NCBI GenBank assembly: GCA_028710695.1
Contig: JAQTTP010000001.1
Span: forward strand, 60,001-92,000
DNA length: 32,000 nucleotides
Direction: 5' to 3'
Origin: Candidatus Iainarchaeum sp.
GTDB lineage: Archaea; Iainarchaeota; Iainarchaeia; Iainarchaeales; 0-14-0-20-30-16
The notes under the pieces are model-generated. The model had not been told where the DNA came from. It did not search any database and saw nothing but the letters and a program-made list of their open reading frames with translations. A program made the position numbers and the translations under genes. Shown here piece after piece: positions 9,045-17,508 of the stretch (positions are counted from its first letter, which is position 1; each line of letters begins with the position of its first letter).

Positions 9045-10118
9045 CTAAGTAGGGTATAGCTCAAATTGTCCCTCTTTTATAGTATAGAGAACGAATTTTT
9101 CAGTAGTTTCTCCATTTTCATCAAATGAAACTCCAAAGTTTGTAGTTATTGCACTATCTTTGAATTTTTTGGCAGTACAAGCCACATCATCTTTGCAAAT
9201 TGAATAAATTTTTGCATATGCATTTGTTAAATTATAGTATTGCCAAGAAATCTGTGCTGGCTCCTCTGAATATTTTTCTTTGTATTTTTTATAAAATTCT
9301 GTATTTTTATCTAAAAAAGTAGTGCTAAAAATTATTCCGTCAGTAGCATTTCCGCCTGTCTTCATTAAATCTGGGTTTTGACATGCTTGGCCACACAAAA
9401 TTTGTTGTTTTAAGCCCAATTCTCGCGCCTGTTTTGCAATTTCGCCAACATTTACTGCAAATGCGCCAATATAAATCGCGTCAACGTTTTCGTCAATTTT
9501 TAGTAAAGTTGATTTTACGTCTGTAGATTCATTAAATTGTTCTATTAAAGAAACATTTCCTCCTAATTCTAAGTATGGCTTTTCAAAAGCATTTTTTACA
9601 CCTAAACCATAGTCGTCATTTTTGTAAATTATTGCAATGTTCTTTAGATTAAGATTGGCATATGCGAGTTTTGCTAAATCTTTGCCTTCTTGTACTGCAG
9701 ATGGTTGCACTCTAAAAGTATTTAGTCCATTTGTTGTATACTTTGCAGATGCGGCAATTGCAAACAAAATTTTATTATCCTCTTTTATTGGTTCTTGTAA
9801 TAGTATTGAATTTGGTGATCCCAAAGTAAAAAATGCAGTAATATCTTTGTCTATTAGATAATTATATTCACTTAACGTGTCCTTTGTTGTACTCTTTGTA
9901 TCCTCCAGATAAAATTCAACATCCTTACCTTCTGTTTTTAGTTCTTCAATAGCCAGATTAACTCCCTTCTGCATTAAGTCTCCTTGTCTGGACTCTACCC
10001 CTGTCATAGGAAGGAGAGCACCAATTTTTAGGTCGTTTGTAGAATTTGTGCTAAAAAGCAAAACAAAAACAATTACAACAATTAAAACTAATAATCCAAT
10101 TAGCCAAACTTTTCTCAT
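9045..10118 (-). CDS. Substrate-binding protein, branched-chain amino acid (LivK/Peripla_BP_6) type
   Basis: 357 aa; N-terminal membrane anchor then LKIGALLPMTGVESRQGDLMQKGVNLAIEELK ... DDYGLGVKNAF. Confidence 0.85.
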   Translation of the reverse strand: MRKVWLIGLLVLIVVIVFVLLFSTNSTNDLKIGALLPMTGVESRQGDLMQKGVNLAIEELKTEGKDVEFYLEDTKSTTKDTLSEYNYLIDKDITAFFTLGSPNSILLQEPIKEDNKILFAIAASAKYTTNGLNTFRVQPSAVQEGKDLAKLAYANLNLKNIAIIYKNDDYGLGVKNAFEKPYLELGGNVSLIEQFNESTDVKSTLLKIDENVDAIYIGAFAVNVGEIAKQARELGLKQQILCGQACQNPDLMKTGGNATDGIIFSTTFLDKNTEFYKKYKEKYSEEPAQISWQYYNLTNAYAKIYSICKDDVACTAKKFKDSAITTNFGVSFDENGETTEKFVLYTIKEGQFELYPT

Positions 10119-10207
10119 AAATAGAAACTTAATCTCTTAACTATTTACTATATTGTTGTCAAATAACTAACGACAGACATATATTATTTTCGTAAAACTA
10201 TTTTATT

Positions 10208-10930
10208 ATGGAACCGGAATTAAAAAGTTTGGGTTTGACTGACAAGGAAATAAAAGTATATCTTGCCCTATTAAATTTAGGTATTGCACTTGTGAATGAC
10301 ATTGCAAAAAAAGCAGGGACTTACAGAACATATACTTACGAAGTTTTAAAATCTCTTAAGGAAAAAGGATTAGTATCACACGTAATAAAATCTGGAAAAC
10401 AGTATTATGAGGTGGCACCACCTGAAAAATGGCAATCTATTTTAAAAGAAAAAGAACAAAAATTTAATAAAATCCTTCCCGAATTAAAAAAAATATATTC
10501 TATAACTGTTGAAAAACCAAGGACGGAAGTTTATGAGGGCAAAGAAGGTCTAAAAACAGTTTTGGATGACATGTTAAAAACAAAGAAAACGATTTATGTT
10601 TATGGAAATACAAAGAAAATGTGGCAATATTTACAAACAAATTTTCCACAGTTTATTTTGAAACGGTCTAGCCTAGGCATAAAAACAAAAATTGTTGATG
10701 TTAGATCCAAAGAAGCAGAAAAAATAAATACAAAAAGTAAGGTAGAGTTACGAGAAATGCGTTTTCTGCCCAAACAATACGAATTTTCTATGACTACAAA
10801 TATTTATGGAAACAAAGTTGCAATGTTATCTTTTCAAGATGAATTTGTAGGAATTATAATAGAAAACAAAAGTATTGCAGAATCTCAAAAAGTAGTTTTT
10901 GATTTTCTCTGGTCTTCTGCAAAACCATAA
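10208..10930 (+). CDS. TrmB-family transcriptional regulator
   Basis: 240 aa; LKSLGLTDKEIKVYLALLNLGIALVNDIAKKAGTYRTYTYEVLKSLKEKGLVSHV is the TrmB wHTH signature. Confidence 0.88.
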   Translation: MEPELKSLGLTDKEIKVYLALLNLGIALVNDIAKKAGTYRTYTYEVLKSLKEKGLVSHVIKSGKQYYEVAPPEKWQSILKEKEQKFNKILPELKKIYSITVEKPRTEVYEGKEGLKTVLDDMLKTKKTIYVYGNTKKMWQYLQTNFPQFILKRSSLGIKTKIVDVRSKEAEKINTKSKVELREMRFLPKQYEFSMTTNIYGNKVAMLSFQDEFVGIIIENKSIAESQKVVFDFLWSSAKP

Positions 10931-11698
10931 CTATCTTACATAGCTTGGTTTGACATCTGAAGCTTCATCTTTTGATAATTGCTTTAATGCTGTCTGAACT
11001 TCTTTGAATGCTTTTGAAATCTTCTTTGCTTCTTTGTCAATGTCTTTCAAATCAACTTTCAACTCAAAGTACTTTGAAATGAATTCTAACATTTTCTTTG
11101 CTGCCTCAAAATCACCATAAATAAGCTTTGATGTTGTTTCTGCCAAGATACAATATCCTTGCATGCCTTCTTCTTTTGCAAATCCAAGAGTTAATCCTGC
11201 AACCCCTGATATTGTAATTTCGTCTTGTAATAATTTTGCATATTTGCTTGGCTCTTTTTTCTTTGTATTTGTTGTAACAAAATATAATTCTGGATTTTTT
11301 GTAATTCTTGCATCAGAAATATCAAGCCCACCAAAAGTATAAATCTCTTTTACACCCAACTCTTTTGCAATTTCAACAATTTTTTTTGCAAACTCAAAAT
11401 GTGCTTCTGGATTTATGTTTTCAAAAAGTGCTGGTTGTGCAATTCCAGTAAGTAAAATAAAATCTTTTTTCTTTGTTTTTATTATAGAAAATTCATCTTT
11501 TATTAAATCAATCTGTCCTTTATAAGTTATTCCTGCAGGCGTAAAATAAGTTGAATAAATGGAACCAATCTTTTCATTTTTCATTTTTTCAGCAATGAAA
11601 TCTATTGCAATTTTTCCAACTAGGCCAATGCCTGGCAAGCCAATTAATAAAGTTGGATTATTTAGTTTAACATTTTTCACATTAGAAATAACTGCCAA
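10931..11698 (-). CDS. PAC2-family proteasome assembly chaperone-like protein
   Basis: 255 aa; PTLLIGLPGIGLVGKIAIDFIAEKM ... YTFGGLDI ... GVAGLTLGFAKEEGMQGYCILAET. Confidence 0.88.
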   Translation of the reverse strand: MAVISNVKNVKLNNPTLLIGLPGIGLVGKIAIDFIAEKMKNEKIGSIYSTYFTPAGITYKGQIDLIKDEFSIIKTKKKDFILLTGIAQPALFENINPEAHFEFAKKIVEIAKELGVKEIYTFGGLDISDARITKNPELYFVTTNTKKKEPSKYAKLLQDEITISGVAGLTLGFAKEEGMQGYCILAETTSKLIYGDFEAAKKMLEFISKYFELKVDLKDIDKEAKKISKAFKEVQTALKQLSKDEASDVKPSYVR

Positions 11699-11710
11699 GA
11701 AATCACCTAT

Positions 11711-12487
11711 TTATTCTCTTCTTTTCATATTTAACTCGCCTTTTTTTCCAACTTTGGCTATTAAATAATCATTAACATCTTTTATGTGTTTTTCAATTGT
11801 TTTATAATCATTAGAAACAAATTTCAGCTGGTATTTTCCGCCACCAAGATAAGAAATCTTTTGCTCAACACCTTTATTTTTTGGCATTTCTTTGAACAAT
11901 TTCTTTATTTCCATTAGTCCGGTTCCAGTTGTAACTCTTAGTTCTACGTTTTCAATAATTTCTTTTTTTGTTATTGTCATGCTTCTTGAAACAACATTAT
12001 ACAATGCCTCTCTGTACTTTTCAGGAATTTCTTTTACTCCGTCTTTTCCAGATTCAAGCATCACCTTAAATGCGTCAGTAACAGAATTATATTTTTCAAG
12101 AATTTTTGGAACAAGGTCATTCCAGATTTCGTCTTGTTCTTTTTTCATGTCTTTTGCTAATACACTTAATAATTGTTGGGATCTTTTTGTTTCTCTCCAA
12201 GATATCATTTTTTTTCTTTCATTTATTGTATTCATTCTTGAAAATGAAACATCTATCTGCCCCCTTTCTCTATTGATGGACAGTACAACACCAACTTTTA
12301 TTTGTCCAGGCCTTACAAAATTTCTTATGTTTTTTATCCATCTATTTGCAATTTGTGACAACGGAACAAATCCAACAAGGCCAGGGTATTCTTCAAGAGT
12401 TACAGTTACCCCGTAAGGGTAAATTTTGTCGATCTTACAAACAAGGTGCTCTCCTGGTCTTACTTCATCTAAATCCATATTTCTCAT
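11711..12487 (-). CDS. eif2a: Translation initiation factor aIF2 subunit alpha
   Basis: 258 aa; N-terminal S1 domain (PGEHLVCKIDKIYPYGVTVTLEEYPGLVGFVPLSQIA...IDVSFSR), in operon with S27e. Confidence 0.93.
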   Translation of the reverse strand: MRNMDLDEVRPGEHLVCKIDKIYPYGVTVTLEEYPGLVGFVPLSQIANRWIKNIRNFVRPGQIKVGVVLSINRERGQIDVSFSRMNTINERKKMISWRETKRSQQLLSVLAKDMKKEQDEIWNDLVPKILEKYNSVTDAFKVMLESGKDGVKEIPEKYREALYNVVSRSMTITKKEIIENVELRVTTGTGLMEIKKLFKEMPKNKGVEQKISYLGGGKYQLKFVSNDYKTIEKHIKDVNDYLIAKVGKKGELNMKRRE

Positions 12488-12690
12488 TCCTTCTTTTCTT
12501 CCTTTTTCTTTTCCTCTTTTTTAACTATCTTAGCGCCTTTTGTTAATTTGGGGTGTGATGCGCCAGGAGTAGCTAAAACTTCTTCACATTTATTGCAAGA
12601 AATTTTGCTTGCTGGTTTGTTGAATGTATACTGCTTACTTCCACACTTACATTCTATTTCTACAAATTTTGAACTATGAACTTTCTTCAT
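12484..12690 (-). CDS. rps27e: 30S ribosomal protein S27e
   Basis: 68 aa; SSKFVEIECKCGSKQYTFNKPASKISCNKCEEVLATPG. Confidence 0.85.
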   Translation of the reverse strand: MKKVHSSKFVEIECKCGSKQYTFNKPASKISCNKCEEVLATPGASHPKLTKGAKIVKKEEKKKEEKKE

Positions 12691-12704
12691 TTTATCACCT
12701 TTAA

Positions 12705-13238
12705 TTACACTTCTTTTCCTAATTCTTTTGAGATAAATATTTTTGCAATATTTTCTGGCAAAGTAACCTTGTCTCCTGCCGTATACGGACCATATTCAAT
12801 CATATCAGTTCCAATAAATTTTGGAATTTCTTTTATGATCTCCAGGTTAACTTGTTTGTCTTCAATTTCTTTTTCAGTCTTGAATTCAACTAAGTATTTT
12901 TGTGTGCTCTTTACAAGCTCATCATAGATTTTAATTTCTTTTCCTGACAGGTTATCAAAGTTTTTGTCATTTCCTTTTGCAGAAGATATTGCTCTTTTAA
13001 TTATTTTTGTGTACCTTAAGTTAAAAATATCGTCAACCATCTTTTTGACATTTATGTATTTTCTAAATTCGTCATCTTCAAAACTATACTGTTTTAACTG
13101 CACATCTTTCTGTGAGTTTTCCAAGAAATCCTTTATTTCGTTAAAGAAATTATCTGGTAATTTAACTAATTCAGGTTCCTTAATTTCTTGCCTATGTAAC
13201 TTTCTAATTATTTCATAGGATAACTCCATCGGCAGCAC
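12705..13238 (-). CDS. GINS complex subunit (Gins51/Gins15-like)
   Basis: 177 aa; alpha-helical N-terminus and C-terminal B-domain IPKFIGTDMIEYGPYTAGDKVTLPENIAKIFISKELGKEV; adjacent to PriS. Confidence 0.8.
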   Translation of the reverse strand: MLPMELSYEIIRKLHRQEIKEPELVKLPDNFFNEIKDFLENSQKDVQLKQYSFEDDEFRKYINVKKMVDDIFNLRYTKIIKRAISSAKGNDKNFDNLSGKEIKIYDELVKSTQKYLVEFKTEKEIEDKQVNLEIIKEIPKFIGTDMIEYGPYTAGDKVTLPENIAKIFISKELGKEV

Positions 13239-14436
13239 CTTTTGCTAATAAATATAATGCAATGTTTTCGGGTAATTCAACTAATTGTTTGTAGTATGGC
13301 CCGTATGGTTTGCCCGCGATTAGGATTTGGGGCAGTTTTTCAATATATATCTTTATATTGCCGTTTTTATTAAAAGGATATGCGTCTACGAAGGGCGAAA
13401 AGCGATCTAACGTATCTAAAGGGATCTGTTTTGAGATTAAGGCGGCCCCGCCGTGTATTGTGTTTGGAACCCTCACAATCTTGAAAATATCTATTGATGT
13501 GCTTGTGTCAATGCTTAATTTGCTTCCTTGTTTTAAGTCCCCTAAAAATGAATCTATCACTTTATCCCACAATTCCTTGTTTTTGTCATCGTTTCCAAGT
13601 ATAGAAATCAGAACCTTCCTTTTTTCCAAAGTATTTACTGCATCTTTCTTGCTTTTTACAAATTTCAGGGCAAATCCTGGAATTATTCCCATCTCTACTA
13701 AGTCCTTTGTCTTCTGTTTTGAAATGAATTCTGTAAAGCTTTTTCTAATTTCTCCCTCTGCATTAAAGTAAGGGTATTTGTACTCAATTCTCTTATTAGA
13801 AAGCCCAGTTTTTGTAATATAATCGATCAATTCATTTCTCTCTTCTTGTGTGAGTTTTGACACTTTTTCGGATTTTATTTTCACGTGGTATCCTTTGTGC
13901 CCAGAGAAAGAAACAGAAATCTCCTCTTTTTTGAACCCAAGCTCGTTGATTAAAATATCAATTAAGTTTTTAGTTTGTTTTTTTGTTTCTTCTAAGCATT
14001 CATCACAAATATAATCCTCAATTTTTGTATTTCCTTTGCAATTTGGGCAGGTTTCTAAGCGCCCAGTACCATAACAATTACAATTTGCGCAAAACCACAA
14101 ATCGTGTTTATCCTTGCATTTAGTAGGCAAATCATCAGCATCAAACTCAAATATAAAATCCGAACCAGTTAGTTCTTTTGCCTGCATTGGCCTTGCTGCC
14201 GGCTTGTTGTAATATGCTACAGAACAAGATACATAGAACGGAATCTCGCGCCTTAAAAAATCATTGAAAACATAGTCATTTTTGAATTCTAAGTGCCTAT
14301 TCGCAATTTTCTTCCCAAATATCCCAATTCCGAACTCTCTTTTTTCAATATTGTCAACAGTAATAAAATGATTCTGATAAAAGCCCTTGTACTTTGATTT
14401 CAGATACTGCTCCGTGTCAAAAATCATCCATTTCAC
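13213..14436 (-). CDS. priS: DNA primase small (catalytic) subunit
   Basis: 407 aa; catalytic FEFDADDL, zinc cysteines, SFSGHKGYHVKI, RVPNTIHGG; GINS-B-like tail. Confidence 0.92.
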   Translation of the reverse strand: MKWMIFDTEQYLKSKYKGFYQNHFITVDNIEKREFGIGIFGKKIANRHLEFKNDYVFNDFLRREIPFYVSCSVAYYNKPAARPMQAKELTGSDFIFEFDADDLPTKCKDKHDLWFCANCNCYGTGRLETCPNCKGNTKIEDYICDECLEETKKQTKNLIDILINELGFKKEEISVSFSGHKGYHVKIKSEKVSKLTQEERNELIDYITKTGLSNKRIEYKYPYFNAEGEIRKSFTEFISKQKTKDLVEMGIIPGFALKFVKSKKDAVNTLEKRKVLISILGNDDKNKELWDKVIDSFLGDLKQGSKLSIDTSTSIDIFKIVRVPNTIHGGAALISKQIPLDTLDRFSPFVDAYPFNKNGNIKIYIEKLPQILIAGKPYGPYYKQLVELPENIALYLLAKGAADGVIL

Positions 14437-14460
14437 ACCCTTTGTGGCTCACCTACATAT

Positions 14461-14500
14461 TTATATATCTATTATATTATATTATATATCTATATTATAT
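14461..14500. repeat. Exact 2x20 bp AT-rich tandem repeat in a divergent promoter
   Basis: ttatatatctatattatata repeated at 14461-14480 and 14481-14500, between the priS start and the rpa start. Confidence 0.9.
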
Positions 14501-14520
14501 ATGTAATTGGGGGCTTATTT

Positions 14521-15717
14521 ATGTCTTTAATAGAACAAATAAAGAAGAAAAGTAATTTAAGTGAAGATGAAATTAATTCAAAAATAAAGGAAAAAATATC
14601 CAAATATCCTGGGCTATTTACTGAGGAAAGTGCTGCCTATGTTTTGGCAAAAGAACTAGGCATTGTTTTAGAGGATAAAGATGTTAAACTTACTCCTTTA
14701 AACATTATAGACAACACAATAAAAACGGCAAATGTTAATACTGTTGTTGAATATATTTTCCCTCCAAAAGAGTATGTGCAGGGAAGTAAAAAAAGTAAAT
14801 ATGTAAGACTAATTGTTAGAGAAGATGATACTACAGTTAACTTGACTTTATGGGATAAATTTGTGCCTTTAGTTGAAACTAAAAAGATAAAAAAAGGATC
14901 AATTTTGGCATGTAAGAATTTATCTGTAAACAAATATAAAAATAAAATATCTCTTGGAACAACATCATTTTCTGATATTCAAGTGACTGGTGAAAAGAAA
15001 ATTGAACCAGAACAAAAAAGAATTAATGATTTGTCAGAAAGCGATTTCTTTGTAAAAGTAGAAGCAAAGTTGGTTTCAAAAAGAGAATTAAGAAATATAA
15101 ATAGCTCAAAAGTAATAAACTTTAGGCTTTACGATGGTTTTTACATAAATGCTTCCGCATGGGATGACGCAGCAGAAGAAGTAAATAAAATAGATATTGG
15201 AAAAACAATAGTTATTGAAGGCGCCTATGTAAGGAGAAGACAAAAACTAGAATTGAATGTTCCATCAGACGCAAAAATATCTACTTCTAGCAAAGCATTT
15301 GAAGTAGTTGCGGATGCAGACTTACCACTAAAAAATATTTCTGAATTAGCATACGGTGAAAGAGTAAGACTAAAAGGAACAATAAAAGGCCTTGACAGAT
15401 TAGTTTCATATAATTGGTGTGACAAGTGTAACAAAAAAGCAGAAGACGTTTGTGCTTGTGGAAACAAAGACTTGGTAAAGAACTATATTGTTGGATTTAT
15501 TTTCGGAGACGAATCTGCAACAACAAAAGCGATTCTTTTTAGAAACCAAATTTCCGCACTGTTGGGCTTACAACAAGATATTACAGGAATGACAGAAGAC
15601 GAAGTTAGCTCAAAACTTTCTACAGTTTTGGATAAAGATAAGGAATTTTTGGGTTACTTGAAAAAGAACACATTCTCCGGTGAGGATGAATTTATTGTCA
15701 TGAGAGTTGTTTCCTAA
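14521..15717 (+). CDS. Replication protein A-like ssDNA-binding protein (OB folds plus zinc finger)
   Basis: 398 aa; repeated OB-fold segments (VRLIVREDDTTVNLTLWDKFVPLVE; VINFRLYDGFYINASAWDDAAEE) and CDKCNKKAEDVCACG. Confidence 0.85.
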   Translation: MSLIEQIKKKSNLSEDEINSKIKEKISKYPGLFTEESAAYVLAKELGIVLEDKDVKLTPLNIIDNTIKTANVNTVVEYIFPPKEYVQGSKKSKYVRLIVREDDTTVNLTLWDKFVPLVETKKIKKGSILACKNLSVNKYKNKISLGTTSFSDIQVTGEKKIEPEQKRINDLSESDFFVKVEAKLVSKRELRNINSSKVINFRLYDGFYINASAWDDAAEEVNKIDIGKTIVIEGAYVRRRQKLELNVPSDAKISTSSKAFEVVADADLPLKNISELAYGERVRLKGTIKGLDRLVSYNWCDKCNKKAEDVCACGNKDLVKNYIVGFIFGDESATTKAILFRNQISALLGLQQDITGMTEDEVSSKLSTVLDKDKEFLGYLKKNTFSGEDEFIVMRVVS

Positions 15718-15734
15718 ATGCGGAAACAATCTCA

Positions 15735-15777
15735 GGCCCCTAAAGCAATTTCTGTAAACAAGAAATTGGCTTTTTGG
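15735..15777 (+). repeat. Dispersed hairpin element, copy A (downstream of rpa)
   Basis: ggcccctaaagcaatttctgtaaacaagaaattggctttttgg; arms 15742-15753 and 15761-15773. Confidence 0.6.
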
Positions 15778-15856
15778 TCATGAGGGTTGTGCAATAATAA
15801 GAAATTAGATCAGACAAACAAAACCAATATAAAAAAAGTTTTCTTTGGGAGACCGT

Positions 15857-15881
15857 AGCTTTCTTTTTTGAAAAGAAAGCT
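15857..15881. promoter_or_regulatory. Perfect 11-bp hairpin just upstream of the radA ribosome binding region
   Basis: agctttctttt-ttg-aaaagaaagct (15857-15867 with 15871-15881), followed by ggggagagg and ATG 15902. Confidence 0.6.
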
Positions 15882-15901
15882 TGGAAAGGGGAGAGGTTAG
15901 T

Positions 15902-16873
15902 ATGGGAGACATAAAGAAAGTATCGGACTTGCCAGGAATTGGTCCTGCAGCAGAAGAAAAGTTATTTAAGGGTGGATACAAGACCATTGAGAGCATTGCA
16001 GTTGCATCTCCGCTTGAGCTAGTATCTGTTGCGGGCTTAGGTGAAACAACGGCAGCAAAAGCCATTGCAGCAGCAAGATCATCAATGGATATGGGCGTAA
16101 TAACTGCAGAAGAATTTTTAGAAAAAAGAAAAACAATCGGAAAAGTTACTTTAGGAAGTAAAGCAATTGATGAACTTCTTGGTGGGGGGCTAGAAACCCA
16201 AAGCATTACAGAAGTTTATGGTAAATATGGTACTGGAAAAACACAGTGGTGTTTTGAAATATGTGTTACCGCACAGCTTCCACAAGACAAAGGCGGACTA
16301 GAAGGAAATGTTTTCTATATTGATTCTGAGAATTCATTTAGGCCAGAGAGAGTAATAAAAATTGCAGAAAAATATGGCTTAGACCCAAAAGAAGTTTTGA
16401 AGAATATTTATGTTGCAAGAGCATATACTGCAGACCACCAGATGCTTTTGGCAGAAAAAGCAAAAGAAATTGTTAAAGAGAAAAAAATAAGAGTAATGAT
16501 AGTTGATTCTCTAACTGCACAATTTAGATCAGAATATATTGGCCGAGGATTATTGGCAGATAGGCAGCAAAAACTTAACACACATATGAGGACCCTGGCA
16601 AAGATTGCGGAATCCCACAATATTGCTGTGTTAGTTACAAACCAGGTAATGTCAAAGCCAGACCAGCTATTTGGAGACCCAACAGAACCAATTGGTGGAA
16701 ACATTGTTGGTCACGCATCAAAAACAAGATTGTACTTAAGAAAAAGTTCTGGTCAGACAAGAATTGCTAAGCTAGTTGATAGCCCATACCTTCCAGACGG
16801 AGAAGTAATTTATAGGGTTACTGACAACGGTATAGAAGACCAAACAGAAAAAGAAGAGAAATCAAAGAAATAA
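15902..16873 (+). CDS. radA: DNA repair and recombination protein RadA
   Basis: N-terminal HhH domain (SDLPGIGPAAEEKL), Walker A GKYGTGKTQ, archaeal RecA/Rad51 motifs. The ORF extends to TTG 15881, but ATG 15902 has an upstream SD-like sequence. Confidence 0.97.
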   Translation: MGDIKKVSDLPGIGPAAEEKLFKGGYKTIESIAVASPLELVSVAGLGETTAAKAIAAARSSMDMGVITAEEFLEKRKTIGKVTLGSKAIDELLGGGLETQSITEVYGKYGTGKTQWCFEICVTAQLPQDKGGLEGNVFYIDSENSFRPERVIKIAEKYGLDPKEVLKNIYVARAYTADHQMLLAEKAKEIVKEKKIRVMIVDSLTAQFRSEYIGRGLLADRQQKLNTHMRTLAKIAESHNIAVLVTNQVMSKPDQLFGDPTEPIGGNIVGHASKTRLYLRKSSGQTRIAKLVDSPYLPDGEVIYRVTDNGIEDQTEKEEKSKK

Positions 16874-16916
16874 TTCTTTTTCTCCTTTTTTATTTTATCT
16901 TATTTAAGGCGGTAGT

Positions 16917-17492
16917 ATGAATGCAGTAATAATAGGTGCATCAGATAGATCAATACTTTGGAAAGAAGGGAAAATCAAAGAAGAAGATTACTCCCAATTT
17001 ATTTCTGATTATGCTAACCTGCTTTCAAAACATTTTGACAATCTAATTGTAACTCCTGATGACGGCATCTATTCAGACATTGCATTAGAATTCGGAAAAA
17101 TTAAAAACAAAAAGCCAATTGGATATTATCCAGATAAAGACGCTAACTTTGGAATAAAACATATTGAGCAAAACTTTTCTAAATATGACTTGAGACCAAT
17201 TGATGGTGATTGGTACAAGCTTGGTGCGGACCTAACAAAGCAAGCACCAATAGTTATTTGTGTTGGATTTACTCCAGGCTCTCTTATAGAGATTGCATAT
17301 TTAAAATATCATCAAAAATATGGTGCCTACAAAGACCCCGCACTCAAGAATATACATTTGTTTATAGACAAAAGAAGCATAGGGCAAAAGCTTCCTCCAA
17401 GTTTCCATGAACAAATAAACAACATTTTTTACTTTTCTTCTTTTAGTGATCTAGAAAAGTTAATAAAATCTGCAAAAGCAAAGTTAAGTTAG
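16917..17492 (+). CDS. Conserved hypothetical, Rossmann/LOG-like nucleotide-binding fold (tentative)
   Basis: 191 aa; MNAVIIGASDRSILW ... NLIVTPDDGIYSDIALEFG ... PIVICVGFTPGSLIEIAYLK. Confidence 0.55.
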   Translation: MNAVIIGASDRSILWKEGKIKEEDYSQFISDYANLLSKHFDNLIVTPDDGIYSDIALEFGKIKNKKPIGYYPDKDANFGIKHIEQNFSKYDLRPIDGDWYKLGADLTKQAPIVICVGFTPGSLIEIAYLKYHQKYGAYKDPALKNIHLFIDKRSIGQKLPPSFHEQINNIFYFSSFSDLEKLIKSAKAKLS

Positions 17493-17508
17493 AACAAAGG
17501 TGATAATT

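Noticed and set aside
11892-12416. 174-aa plus-strand ORF inside aIF2alpha
   Set aside because: Antisense to a highly conserved coding sequence; no family recognised.
13310-13771. 153-aa plus-strand ORF inside priS
   Set aside because: Antisense shadow of a clearly conserved primase gene; no domain signal.
15805-16206. 133-aa minus-strand ORF at the radA start
   Set aside because: Antisense to the conserved RadA N-terminus.
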